A stretch of 58,608 nucleotides of DNA, filler included, from Sphacelaria rigidula (GCA_964200075.2; 10 parts of 10 records of this genome joined end to end with filler, not necessarily neighbours in it), one strand, 5' to 3'; positions 11,743 to 25,079 are shown, counted from the first letter of the whole stretch. Numbers and translations are program-made. The notes: a model not told the origin generated them from the sequence alone.

Positions 11743-13064
11743 GGGGGGTACACTAGCCAGTCTACGTCCAATCAACGTCGAATCTGTTCGACGCAGACCC
11801 AACTCAGTACCAAAATCCGGCGTACCCGTAGACTGTAGGTATCTCTCAGCATACGGGCGCACTAGTTACCTGGGAACACATGCTCCGACGAAAACGCACC
11901 ACATAGGCCAGGGAAAACCACTCCCTCAAAGATCACAACAACCAGAGTATGCCAAAAATGATCGGGCGTACGATGTGAATGACAGCCAACTGGTTGGCTG
12001 TGTAGTATACCCCACAGTTGAACTCACGCGTCGCTGGCTGTGTAGGCAATCCGCTTACTACTCACTCACCCTGTATGGACACAGGGCGCACCCGAAACAA
12101 GCGAAATGCTGAAAATCGCACCCCTCTACTCCAAGCTGCTGTTCAAAGGACAAAAAAAAAGCAGCTCGATGCCTGGTGTCCTCATCTACCGTAGTGCTGG
12201 ATGGAGCACCCGCACCAGTGCGTCTACATGCATGATACATGCTGCTTGTTTGCAGCACACACAATATACATCTCCTTCCCTCCGCCCTGGCGATCGCAAT
12301 CCCTCACATGTTCACAAAAACATTCCTTCGTCCAGGCAACATGAATCCAAAACAGCACACGCACAACAGCTATTCCCCGGTTATCGGCCAACAAACTCAT
12401 CTACTTCCGACGAGAACACGAACATTGATAGCACTAAGGACCTCCGGCACAAGCGTTGTCGTCAACGAATTGCCAAACACACACACGTATCTCGGGCCAT
12501 CAACGGTTACTACACCGCACCCTTGAAAATTAGAATAATCCTGAGTGCTTCGGCGATGCCATCCAGACGAACACCTCAGCCGTGAATCACACCTTTATAT
12601 ACAGTTCCCCCTCTTTTCCTCGCAAGCTGGGGCTCTGGGAATGTTACCGGATGTGCACACAACGTTGAATATGATGCCCTCAGCTGTCAATATGCCAGCG
12701 CGCACGCCATCGTTCCTACTACATCAGTTGTGCAGAAGCTTCCGCTACTGTTGAAAACGCACAACGTGGTGTACTTTCGAGTTACCCGAAACACTCTGCT
12801 ACCACTCACTCTCGACTCGAGCAAAAAGAGATACGAAGAATTAGCATCAAGTTAGCGTACCGTGCATGCCAGTCATCATCCAAGTGTATCTACGGCATTG
12901 TAACATACTCCAGGAATGTATATACCCCCAAGTGTGCATGGGTTGAGTGTGTATCGATATGCTACGATATATACATTGTCCTCATACAGTAACATCATAT
13001 CCACAGCACCCAGACCAAACAAGGCCAAACGAAAAAGCAGATGACAATTTGCACTCGTATCGTC

Positions 13065-14437
13065 TCACGTGTCGACGTGGCCTGAAGCAATCACTCTGTG
13101 GTAGTACCAATGCTTCACGCCGCGTTTGACGTCACAGTAGGTGTGGCCTAGCCGACAAACTCTCGAACCCTTCGGCAACATCGCCCCCGAAAGATCAAAC
13201 GCCCGACTGACCGTCAAAAGCCTGAACGAAGCCGGCCACGCCACGTTCGCCAGCGGCTGTCGGGAAAACACACCGAGCTCCAAAGCCTGGAGATTTGTCG
13301 GAAGCTTGAAGCACTCGGGTGGCTGTTTGAATCGATACCCCAGCGTCAACCTCTTGAGCCCCATCGGCCAGGCCACACGGAGTAACGAGTGATTGAAAGA
13401 CCAGCCGAACACGAGCTCCTCCAAGGATTCAGGTAATGCCACAGACTCCAAGGGCTGATTGAAATGCCCTCCCAGAGTGAGTGTCTTGAGACACGTCGGA
13501 AGCGCCACATCGACCAAAGGGTGGTCGAACACACCCACCAGTGCAAGATGGTCCAGGCTCGTGGGAAATTCCACGCCTTGCAGAGGATGATCAAACAGCC
13601 ATCCAAACGTGATCTCTCGCATCCTACTTGGCCACGAAATACCGCGGACGTCCTGGTTGAACTCCCGGCCGAATGCCAGTTTTTCCAAATTCGGTGGCCA
13701 GACTACCGAGTTCAACGGTTGGTTGAACCCGTCACCGAACGTCAGCTCGACGACTCCCGACGGCCAGCGATCGTCTGCCATCGTGATAGCTTGGTCGAAC
13801 GACTGCCCGAACTTTATGCGTGTCAGCGCACGCGGCCACGCAACCCGATCGATCGCCTGATCGAACGACTTCCCGAAGGAGATCTCTTTTACGGTATCGG
13901 GAAACGAGGCCTCGTCGATCGACTGGTTGAACGCCGCTCCGAATCTCAACGTCTCGAGTTCCTTCGGCCACGCAAAGTCATCCACGGGTACATTGTAACG
14001 GCTGCCGAAAACCAAAGTTTTGACTCCCAAAGGCAGTGTGGTGGGCACAGCAGAGGACTCTCGATCTCCTGGACCTGTCCGCTCCCAGGTGAGTCTGGTC
14101 ACCTTCACGGCGGGCACTTGCGATGTACCACCCTTTTGTGTGTGGCGGGAGAGAGAACCCCTTGAGGGTGTGGCTGTCGAAGAGGGAGACGTCCGGTCTC
14201 CGTTTGCGAGCACAGACCACAGGATCTTGGGTGTATCGTTTGTCACCAGTACGTGGAACTTTGAAACGGCTCGGCACTCTATGCAGAGTTGTAGACACAC
14301 CAGGCTCAGGGTCTTGGTGGATTCGAGCCATGGAGAGGATGGATAGTGCGGGTCGTGTTCGTCTTGGAGTAGAACACGGCAGGCCGCCAGAAACAAGGGT
14401 TCGTCTGTTGACGGGGAGGATGGCTCGGCGCAGGCAC
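13065..14437 (-). CDS. FNIP-repeat (LRR-like) protein, large terminal exon
   Basis: About 12 tandem ~22-aa repeats (e.g. WPKELETLRFGAAFNQSIDEAS, WPPNLEKLAFGREFNQDVRGIS, LPTCLKTLTLGGHFNQPLESVA). The listed start at 14534 is TTG; a pyrimidine tract plus CCTAG|G acceptor (AG at 14439-14438) suggests a spliced 5' end. Confidence 0.88.
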
Positions 14438-14573
14438 CTAGGATCGAAACAACGGGCGAAAGAATGGGGGTAATGATGATGCATAGCAGATGAAGGGCTA
14501 GATCAGCGTCATTACTGGGATGTGGGTGATGCAATGCTGCGCTTCGTCAATTGCGGATTCAAATCTAGGGGGG

Positions 14574-15097
14574 AATGGGGGGGGGGGGAGGAGGGTGCTC
14601 ATGATCTTGCATGCTATAGTCAAATGACCATTGGCCTCGCATTCCTACAAAGCCGGGACGGAACAGGCCGGGTTTTCGCCGGACCAGGCTCGCAATCAAC
14701 CACCAAGTGCGAAGCGCCGTGGTGTGCTCGACGAGTCGCATGAAGGGTGAGCTGCATCCTGCTAAGATTATTCCGCCTGAAGCGTACTGATTATCTTGCA
14801 TTTGAATTCAAGCTTTCAATGAGTCCCTTTATTTTGTGGTATTGCCACTTCCAGACAGAGCCACGGCTTTTACACTGCCTCACGAGTGTCTCATCATTTA
14901 AACACTACGTAGTACTATCATCTTCTTTGCGCGGAGTTGAGGTTCTTCCACCCAGCACAATATGATGTAGCTTTACCACTATCATCGTTACCACAAAAAA
15001 AAACGCAAGCGTGCGAAAAAAAAATCGGCAATCCGGTTGCCTAGCTTACGCAGTGAATCGCGTGTTTTACAGCGTCATCGCCAACCGACGCCAACCC
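14574..15097 (-). mobile_element. Poly(C)-tailed repeat family A, full-length copy
   Basis: Homologous along its length to 36310-36803; TAGGGGGG occurs on both sides (14566-14573, 15100-15107); a partial duplicate lies at 15113-15158. Confidence 0.85.
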
Positions 15098-16374
15098 CAT
15101 AGGGGGGTCCGACCCTACAAAGCCGGGACAGACCAAGCCGGGTTTTCGCCGGACTAGGCACCAAGCTGGGGGAGGGTTGAATAGGGCGTGGAAGGTAAAA
15201 TGGAAATGCGTCAAGCGGGCCTGTGCTGTGTACATCCAAGAACGTCTCTGAACAGGAGAAGGACTTACATTGAGCGTGCGGTTCCCGATCAACAGTGCTT
15301 CATCGTTTATTTGCAAGGGTGACACACACTGCGTTCCGTTTCTGGCGTCGTGTGCTGTCTCCGGCACAAAGAGAAACATGAGTGTCGTCTCATGAGGGGG
15401 GTGATGACGCTTGGTATTCCCAGGATGTGGGGTTCGATCGCAGCAAGAGGCGCGATGGCCTTGAGTCAGACAAAAAGTATCATTGCGCACTACTCATCGA
15501 CTGTCGCGCTGTACGCAGATGATCATCGATACGAAACAGTTTGGAAAAACCAAATTAATTTGAAAACATATTTTTTGGACGGAGGAGACGACAATCGATG
15601 TTTCTTGGGCTACTTGATGATAATTACTGTAGGGGATATGAGAGTTTGGTGTATGTTTTTTTCTTGTTTTGATTTTCTCTCAACAACGGAGAAGACGACA
15701 CAATATAGAGAGTTTCAGAGTGCAAATACCTCCGGGTCAGAGTGCAGAATAGAAAGAAAAAAACACTTCCTCGAAACAAAATTGTGATGATACCACATTT
15801 GACGGGGGGGGGGAGTCATTTCTGGTACACTCTGATCCTGAGATATTTTCACTCTAAAATGACAATAAAAAGCGTTTTCCGAAACTCTCTAAACTACTCT
15901 GTAAAAAAAATCGTCGGATGCGGGTGCCAGGAGGAACTGCTCACCAGCTCCGGATTCAGGCTCGCCCGTGACGACAGCAAACTTTTTTGCTACCCTTCCA
16001 CTGCTGACGGAATCATGTCCTGAACATGGTTCGCTACATCTCGACGCTCGGGGCGGGAGCAGCACATCCAGTCTGGTAGTGGTCGTGGGCTCGTCACACG
16101 TTGTTTCTGCGCAGGAACATGAAAATGATACACAGGGGGGTGTTCGTCAGGAATAGGGCGGGTGGGTTCGTATCGCAAGGCCTTGCTCGACAACTCGTGG
16201 CAATTTTGTCGACATACACACCTCTTCATTTCCCCTCTACTTTTCCCGCAGTGCCGGCGTTGTGCTATAGGGTATATAATTTGACGTTACTATCGGAATA
16301 ACGGTCGGGATTCGCAGACTGGGATCGCGGATATTCCCGGAACTACCACCAACCCGCCGCCTCCTGGGGTAGGA

Positions 16375-16572
16375 TCTTGTCTTTCCCTTATCCAAAAAAT
16401 AAAATCCAACCAATCATCCCCAAACAATCCAAACAATAATTAATTAATTACTTGAATACAATTTTTATTGTCTTTTCCTTATCCAAAAAATAAAATCCAA
16501 TCAGCCACCCAACCATCTATCAACCATCTATGAACCATCCCCAAACAAACCAAACAATAATTAATAAATTAA
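16375..16572 (+). repeat. AT-rich tandem duplication (2 units, ~90-105 bp)
   Basis: TTGTCTTTYCCTTATCCAAAAAATAAAATCCAA...CATCCCCAAACAA.CCAAACAATAATTAAT occurs twice. Confidence 0.85.
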
Positions 16573-16702
16573 TTATAATTGTTTATTTATCATCAACCTT
16601 TGGGTACCACTTTTATAATTTCAAAACATTCACACCCTAAAATCAAGAATCATCATTGTTGATTCCACACCACAATGAGCATTGAATCCAAGGGCAGCGA
16701 CA

Positions 16703-17141
16703 AACAACCGATCATCGAAATTGAGGATGGAGCTTTTCATTGAGGATGAGAACCCGGAGGATTAAAATCTTCGTAGCCACCCCGAATCTTCGAAATATGG
16801 TTCCATTCCTTTACCTACTGGTGGCTATTGACAAGTACTACATGTCATACAAGTTGTGATTTCGATAACCGAAATGTTGGGGTCCTACGTGAAAAAATAA
16901 TTCCGGGGAATTCCGGCGATCCGATCGGATCATCATCTGAATTCCCCTCAATTGTTTCTTTACCCAGGACCCCAGCATCTCGGTGATCGAAATCAATTTT
17001 TTTAGGATGTGTCATAGCTACCAGTAGGTGAAGGAATGGAATCATATTTCGAAGATTTGGTGTGAAATACGAAGCTTTCAATTCTCCGGGTTCTCAATCC
17101 TCAATGGAAAGCTCCATCCTCAATTTCGATTATCGGCTGTT
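16703..17141. repeat. ~440-bp imperfect palindrome (fold-back)
   Basis: 16703-16833 pairs with 17010-17141; inner arms pair too; centre GATCCGATCGGATC at 16918-16931. Confidence 0.9.
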
Positions 17142-17513
17142 AACAGATGCGCGATCACCTTACTCACATCACTGAACCGAGCGGGCGATAGCCCTTTATT
17201 GACTACGGAATGAAGTTCGAGAGCTCGGCCAGGGACGGTGTAAAACTAAACGTTACGTGCCTTCCCCCACCCGACTCCAACAACTAGTGCGACGAACTCA
17301 CAAAGGGCGGGTACAGACGAAACAACCAGGAGGCAATCGGTTGAGTTGTGCGCTCTCTATGTGCATTTACTGCGCATGTTCCTGTCTGATCGAGCGCAAA
17401 AAACAACAACAACAAAAATCACGTTTTCGTGTGCGCATCATGTCTACGAGCTGGGTCAGCCTAGAGGCTGCATGAACGTTTGCAGGCGGATGCGCCGGCC
17501 AATATTTGGAGTT

Positions 17514-17613
17514 NNNNNNNNNNNNNNNNNNNNNNNNNNNNNNNNNNNNNNNNNNNNTTAATTAATTAANNNNNNNNNNNNNNNNNNNNNNNNNNNNNNN
17601 NNNNNNNNNNNNN
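17514..17613. other. Artificial contig linker
   Basis: N44-TTAATTAATTAA-N44. Confidence 0.99.
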
Positions 17614-19022
17614 GCAGGAGTCATACCCTTCGTCTACTCCCCCCAACCCCCTACGCTCTCTTTCTCTCTCCCCCCCCCCCCCCCCCCCCCCCCCAGGGCC
17701 CGCCCGAGCTCTCCCTCCTCCCATCCAGACACGTTTTTTGAGCTATGCGAAAACATCCATTCCCTCATTATCGCCACCCCCCCCGTTCCCACTCCCACCC
17801 TGCGTCTCTGCCTATGCGTACACCCCCCCCCTTTGCCTTGCCTGGTATCTTCCATGTTCATGGCAAAAGAAAAAGACAAGACCTGGCTATCTTCTGGCAC
17901 TGACCACCTCTTTTTAACAAGGTAAGTCGACTGCATATTCCTTCGTACCCTGTTCGCCAACCCCGCTCATATGTAAAATTTCATCCATATGTGAAGTTTC
18001 ATATATTGGATGAGTTGATAAAAAAAGAACTCCTCACCCGGTGTAACCATCAGCCGAGTGGGCCTCACAGCATTCCTTCACTCGTCCCCCCCCACCTCCT
18101 CCCCTCGTACTCATTGATTACGCGGCTGTCTTTGCGGTTTTTGATGAGATCATCATCCTTGTGTTGTCTTTTCGAGCGCTTACACGAAAAATTGCACACA
18201 CACACACACACACACACTCATGTATGTATGTGTGTATACTGTATATGCATATGAATGGCACTAGCAAAAATGACGAGAAAAAAAAAAAACATACACACGA
18301 AACAGAAATAAACGCGCAATCCATACCTTTGTCGGGGGGTTTTCTACAGCGACAATAGCGCAGCACTCCCTCCTCACTTTGCTTCGGCTAGGAGGACGAA
18401 ATGAACGAATAAAGGATAACATATTATTGAGAGATTGCCACTCGAAGAAGTGCCCATCACGTGCTATTTTTTTCATACTCCGGTATGTAAGTGTACGCTA
18501 TTTTTCCACCCAGCCTACTCGGGACTGTCGCCGTGCGCATGTGCCACGTATATTTCCACGAGTAATGTTAATAGGCGCCCTCTAAAGCAACGCCAAGGCT
18601 GAAAGATGGCGTGCGTTATATCTCTGCGGCCTCCAACCCCGCAACATGAATATCAACTTCAACGAATGTCTCAACATCTACCTACCTACCCTAACTACTG
18701 TGGGGAGAGGGAAGCGGGCTTACGCTCTGAGGTTTGGAGCGCACACCACCCTCTTTCGCTCATCCCTAAAACATTTATTTCTACTACCCGCCGACACTTG
18801 AGAGCAAACAGACAGGACAGGCCGGTCGTACTTTTTCGACGAGCGTAAAACTTCAGCTGCAGTAGTATGGCGAAAATTTAAACAAAATCAAAACTTTAGT
18901 TTAATCAAATGCGATTCTTGGCAGGAGAGAACGCAAGCTTAAAAACCTCATTTCTCGCTCATGAGCAAGAGACGAAACTCCGGGAAAAAAACGCCTCCCC
19001 CCCCCCCCTCCGCCCGCCCGTC

Positions 19023-19081
19023 TCGAAAGGGATGTGTGGTCAATGGTCAAACGACTAAGGCAAGCAACAAATGAGTACGCC
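19023..19081 (+). mobile_element. Poly(C)-tailed repeat, subfamily B, 5'-truncated
   Basis: GGGATGTGTGGTCAATGGTCAAACGACTAAGGCAAGCAACAAATGAGTACGC; flanked by CCCGCCCGTC (19013-19022, 19082-19091). Other copies: 41663-41686 (+), 44234-44275 (-), 46990-47057 (-). Confidence 0.8.
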
Positions 19082-20480
19082 CCCGCCCGTCCACCCTTGT
19101 GCACCGGTCCCCATCTCCCGTAGCATGAGCAGTAAAACGCTATTATGTAGCAGATTTTTTCCATTATTACTGATACTGGGTGAGAGAGAGAGACCGCGCG
19201 CACCAAAGACATGAATCAAGTGTCACGAGCATACGCAGGTAACTCGGCACATACAGCGTTCTGGTCCCTGGATAACAACAAAAAACCTGTCTCAACACAC
19301 TACAAAAAAAGCTCTCATGGCATTTATATACTATATATATATTGATGTGCCGCATCTACACCAAAATACATGATAGTGCTGCACACGTCGCCCTCCGTGG
19401 CCGGGACAAAAACAGCCCTCGTCCACCCATGGCGAGAGCATGCTCTACTTATTTTCACCATAACAGCTCCAAGAAGAAAAATAGAAAGGAAAAAAAACCC
19501 TCGAAGGAAAAATGCTGCGCCCGACAAGTTCTTCGCAAGGCGAAAGAACAAGACTCGTTTCTCCTCTCATGCTTGCTGGTACCATATATAATACGTGTTG
19601 CTCCCTGGAGAAAAACACGGGTTCTTTGGGGGGGGGGGGGGGAAGCCCACTGACACACACGCACGCACGCACAGGGTTTCGATCTTCCATGACGAACGAT
19701 TTGCTCGATTTTCATCACAATAACAAGAAACTGATTTTCACACGGGGAAAAATGGTTGACTATTGCAATTTCAATGCGGCATGGTCTGTTAATGGAGAGT
19801 ACGGTTTCTCTTGCAAAACTCGAGACGCAAAAGATACACCGCTAGCAATCAACACCCCTAACTAGTGGACAGCACAACCAGTACCAAACACGACAGTACA
19901 CCCTTTGTCAACACGTCTCCCCCCGCCACCCCCGTTCCCCCCTTTGTCGCCACACTTGACTTTTCACATCTACTATAACTTTTTAGGCCATGGACATGGA
20001 CGCAACTGTCGTGTTGTTTCCTAGATTTTTGCATGTTTGTATACCGCATTCTATCGCACGTTATAGCCACTGGATATACACGACAGCCATCTCTCCTATC
20101 TTGAATTATCCGCCAGTAATGGAGACATTTTGAACGGACCAACAGACGTATAAAAAATATTCATCTCCTGCCAAAAAATATACCCCTCTTCAGTTCAACA
20201 CACAGATTTCCAACACGGTCGATCGCACGCAGTTCATTTTTCTTGATTTTTTTTTTTCATACATCAATATCCCTTCGAATGGACTTTGTACCTCAAAAAA
20301 CCACGTCATCTTTTTACACAAAATCCTCCCATCGGAGTGCGCGAACAACATCGAGGAGCACGGCACTAAAGATGGAAAAGAAACCAAGGAATACAATCCC
20401 TATGTACATGCAGGAGACCGAACACAACCACATTTTCCACATATTTCACCTTCTCCCCCCCCCCCCCCTCCCCCCCTCCC

Positions 20481-20530
20481 AGTGGTCTTATGACTATGGC
20501 ATGCATGATCACGAGTACACCCCCCCCCTC
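20481..20530 (+). mobile_element. Family A 3'-end fragment between C-runs
   Basis: TGGTCTTATGACTATGGCATGCATGATCACGAGTACAC followed by poly(C). Confidence 0.75.
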
Positions 20531-21162
20531 CCCGTGTCAACACCTCCAGATCATACATGAAGACCAAAGGGTACGCTGGTCGAACGCTGGGCGCTCTAGT
20601 TTCTTTCATCTCCTGAGCTGTTCCTGCACTCAATGCAAAGGCTCGAGCATAACAACACACACGACCTCAGCTTCGTTTCACCACGAGCACAGGAGCAGGG
20701 AGGCAAGCAAGCACTACAAGGCACAATCCTTCGTTTGCACACTGCTATCAACAACAAACCTACCCATCGTTAACACTCCTCGACAGAGAGAACGTGCACA
20801 AGGCGGCAGGCAACCCGCCTCCCCTCGCGTTTTTTCTCCACTTTACAGGATGAGGAAACGCGGATGAAGCAAAATATCCGAATCGCCATCCGTCCCATCT
20901 CGACCCCCGACCCCACGCCCTGCCCCCAGCGTCACTCCATCCACAACGTGAAGGCACAGACGTATCCAATATCGCGTCAAGGGATTGTCTTCAGTGATTC
21001 GTGCTTGGGGTGGGGGGTGGTGGGGAGTCCTGTCATCCGCTGAGGTGAAAAGATCCGCCTATCTATGATATCTGGGTTTCAGGGAGATTCCAAAATCTGG
21101 GAGCAAAAAAAAGTCGTGTCACAGATTCGCAGATGCACGGACAAACAGCAGACAAGACACCA

Positions 21163-21211
<49 letters not shown>
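21163..21211. repeat. (CT)n microsatellite
   Basis: Direct observation. Confidence 0.95.
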
Positions 21212-22460
21212 TCCGATAGGGGGTGGGGGGAAGTCATCACACGTTTTGGAGTCCACCGCTGTACCCTACTTCGCGTGCAATACCCGCTGTCTCTGTCTCG
21301 TGCCTGCAGACTTCCTCCGCTACGCATGTGCAGGTGATGCGACAGCATTATACGTCGTAATTTACATCCCGGTTACGCGTAGCACATAGAGAAGCATACA
21401 CACAAGAACAGACATGAAACAGCGTAAAAAATGCGTCACGGGTCAATAAAGTTTCCCTCACGAAAAAAACAGTCAGTCTCCAACCAGCCACACCACAAAA
21501 CAAGGAACAAGAAACGAGAACAGATATTCGATTGAAAAGAATCAAAGGCATCAATCGCCCGACGCGATTCAACAAACAGCATGCTGTCATTGTTGTCAAC
21601 CCCTCCCCCCCCCGCCCTCCCAAAACAAAATACCAGGGAGGTTACCTTCTTCTTTTGACACCAATCACCATCATCCATCAACGATCAAGCCCATCAATCA
21701 ACTAGAGCTCACTTGCCCGTATTATAACTCGATACTACACACCAAAAATATCACGAAGCTTTTCCTACCACGACCTACCCAAAAAAATCCAAACTCCCTC
21801 AAATGCCTTTAACCATCCAACGCCTCAAAGTCATCCTTGCTTTCGATGCATCGAAGACGCGCGTGTCCTGAACCTCGCACAAGCGCCTGAGGAAAAACAA
21901 TTACACATGGCACTCACCTATGAACACCCAAAATCCACAAACCTCCAACCAAGGTCTAGCTGCTACTGACGCGCAATGATTTGATACGCGACTTGGAGGC
22001 TGCAACATCAGAAGAGATCACCCGAATCGGTCGTGCACACCGCCCCGCTGGAGACCTACCTACCCCCCTCCCTTCCCTCCAGAACAGAAAGAAAAAAAAA
22101 CGTCGTCGTCGTGAAATGTTAGGAAGAACCCGAGTTACACGCGAGGTACCACGAATAAATCGTTTCGCCGCGCTCATAAAGGAAGACCCTGACGCGATTT
22201 ATACCTCCCTCTGCCCACTCATCACACTGTTGCTTTCATGCGTGCGTGACAAACCCACCACACGACGCCGACGCCGCCAAGAAATGAAAATGCCTCCCAA
22301 TTCAATACAACACCGCAGGTGAGAACTTCATCACCCCCTACCCTCTCCCCCACAGGGTATCTTGGTCGTCAACGAAGCAACTCTGCAACGGAACGCTCCA
22401 AAACACCCCGCGCTGATGTGATAGACTCGTCGTTGTATCTTGAATGTTCCGAGATTATGA

Positions 22461-22734
22461 TCAATATGCGATACTATGACGGCGCACCCGCTTAGGCGGT
22501 TCCTGGGGACTCTCTTCCGACCCCTGCCCCTGCGCCTGTTCCTCCTGCTCCCCCTTTTCATCGTCATCATCTTCGTCATCGTCCAGCTCCTCGTCTTCTT
22601 CCTCCTCCTGGTCATCATCCACCTCGTGCTCCATATCATCCACGTCTTCGAAGCCTTCTTCGCCGGTAACACCAGAACCCGAGCCTGCCGAGCTGCTCAT
22701 TTCGACCCCGGCGCATGACAGATCCATCTCGTCA
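22461..22734 (-). CDS. Probable terminal exon encoding a very acidic C-terminus ending in a basic NLS-like motif
   Basis: CTGAC branch-like motif and TTGTTTGTCTAG acceptor (AG at 22736-22735); DEMDLSC...DDDQEEEEDEELDDDEDDDD...PPKRVRRHSIAY*. Confidence 0.6.
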
Positions 22735-22974
22735 CTAGACAAACAACGCATGGCGTGTCATGGCATGGTCAGGGAAGGGAATGGGTCAAGGTCGGGTTCT
22801 CCCATGAGACAGTTGAGGGCGAGGGAAAACAAGGGGGGTTTTCGAGTAAGAAACAATGGACCATTGCTTCCACGAAACTCAACCTCAAATGATCATTGAA
22901 AGCAGCAACTTTTGTTAAAACGTGCTCGTTACCAACACACCTTCGAGCCCTCGTTTTCTCAACTCCCCTCCCCG

Positions 22975-23283
22975 ATGGTGAGGCACCCATGAGGCAATGT
23001 GTAAGCCGTGGCTGTCTCAGGAAATGGCGTACCCAGAAAACGGGGCAACCCATCGTAGGTTGTCATCCAAATGCAAGATGGTCAGTACACTCCAGGCCGA
23101 ACAATCTCAGCAGAGGATGCAGCTCACGCTTCATGCGACTCGCAGGACACATGACGGTGCTTCGCGCTTGGTGATTGATCGCGAGTTTGGTTCGGCAAAA
23201 ATAAAAACAGCGTGCTCCGTCCCGGCTTTGGGGGGATGCGAGGTCACTGGCCATACGACTGCGGCATGCCACATCATGAGTAC

Positions 23284-23323
<40 letters not shown>
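22975..23323 (+). mobile_element. Family A, 5'-truncated copy with long poly(C) tail
   Basis: GGTGAGGCACCCATGAGGC...CATCATGAGTACA followed by ~40 C; preceded by CCCCTCCCC. Confidence 0.85.
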
Positions 23324-23384
23324 ACCCCACCACCTCCCAACCCAGCCAAAACAACAACAAAAACAACGCCACACCCACACACAC

Positions 23385-23484
23385 NNNNNNNNNNNNNNNN
23401 NNNNNNNNNNNNNNNNNNNNNNNNNNNNTTAATTAATTAANNNNNNNNNNNNNNNNNNNNNNNNNNNNNNNNNNNNNNNNNNNN
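23385..23484. other. Artificial contig linker
   Basis: N44-TTAATTAATTAA-N44. Confidence 0.99.
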
Positions 23485-24019
23485 TTGGGTGGGGGGTTGT
23501 GGTTTGGAGGGGGGTGAGTTTTGGGAGGTGGGGTGTGGAAAATGGCGTTTTCAGGGGTTCTATACAGGGTGTTCCTTACTATAAACCAAAATGATGAATG
23601 ATTGCACGAAAAATTGAAGGGTTTTTCTACACATAAAATCAAGTGATTCTTTACCTGGGAAGGATCCAGGTCGTCCAAACGCTATACCTGTGTCTCTGTT
23701 TTGTCCCTTTCTGTAGAATGACTTGATTGTAGTATAGGTCATGTTCTTCCCTCGGCACACTTTTCCTGCATGAACGGAAAACAAATTGCCCTTTTCTGGT
23801 CACGGGCAGCTTTATCGCTCCACTCGCTGCTGATATTATTGGTTTAACACCACCGGAAAATTAAAAAACAGGATGTCGGCACCGCTTCTTTTCCTTCTTT
23901 TTTTTTTCGGTGGGCCAGTTCTTTCTGTGCTTTGCTTGTGTTGACTTGTTTCATTACTTTCTTTTTTGTGACGACTTAGTCTGCTATGTCGTTTTGTTCG
24001 ACTTTCCCCCCCCCCCCTT

Positions 24020-24141
24020 TTTTTTTCTTCAGCGAGTGTTCTAGTTTTGTGTTGTTTGGGTACGTCCAGACCACGGCTGGACCCCTGGGGGGTCAGTTAA
24101 AGTGCGACAATCAATCAATCAATCAATCAATCACTCAATCA
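24020..24141 (+). mobile_element. 3' end of a non-LTR retroelement or SINE with (AATC)n tail
   Basis: CAGCGAGTGTT...GGGTACGTC..GACCACGGCTGGA.CCCCTGG...CAGTTAAAGTGCGAC(AATC)n; homologues at 42555-42690 (+), 31355-31470 (-), 38355-38630 (-). Confidence 0.75.
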
Positions 24142-25079
24142 AGATGTAGTACGAACACGGTGTAAGGTCGAAAAGGGCCAATTCCCACGCCACCGAGGCA
24201 AGAAGGCGGCCGCCCAGGCCTGCGCTTGCGTGAGCTACCGCTCCGCATTCACTATACGTACCCCGACATGAACCCATGGGGTGGTTTGAATGCGATTTGT
24301 GACTGCGTCTCAAAACAATTGCATACGAGCTGGGTCAGAGACTCAAAGCGGATTTGAGCTCTGACAGCCATATCTCACCGATGGAGACGAACTAGGCCGT
24401 GATCCGCACATCTTTTCGAACGTCTAAGCATGAAGCAGACGCCCATCTGCCCTACAGCCTGGGCAAAACTATTCCCGTTGATTATACGCCAAGTCGAGTA
24501 AATCCTATGACTTACGGAGATAGGGTCCATACTGAAGTTATTACGAACCCCCGAACGATATGTACAGCGGATGATGATTTTTACTATGAGCATACCCTGA
24601 AGAACGGGGATATCATGGCTACCCTCACCCTCGCCTAATTTGCCATCCGTCTAGAGATATGGCGTACATAATATTCCATGCTGCACTCAGCATAGTACGA
24701 GCAGGGGCGCTAAATAGACTCACATGTGGCTTTTTTCGTGAGTTGGGGACGTTTTGAGGGAAACTGGATTATTTTTTTGCATTTTGCCCTGAAGGTTGCT
24801 GTATGAGGCAAAACAAAAAAATATTTCCACAAAAGTGCCTTTTAGGAGCTTCTACGTCATTTTACGCCCTAAAAGAGGGCTACTGTGGACGGATTTCAAT
24901 ACTTGGAATGTCTTGCTGTACGCGTTGAGGTGGTTCCAGCACACCTGTGCGTGTTTCCGGTGGTCGCAGCTTTCTTCTTGCCCCAACTTGTTTTTTCTTG
25001 GAGACCGCTTGTTTTGCTCAAAGAGTGCTATAGTACCGCGGTGAACAACGTTTGAGAACTTAGGCCGCTCCTGACTCCT

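Noticed and set aside
12070..12138. Isolated minus-strand exon candidate with good splice signals
   Set aside because: No partner exon or recognisable peptide; cannot be linked to the FNIP gene, which stops at 13065.
24399..24638. 79-aa protein-like ORF
   Set aside because: Non-ATG start, no splice support and no recognisable motif.
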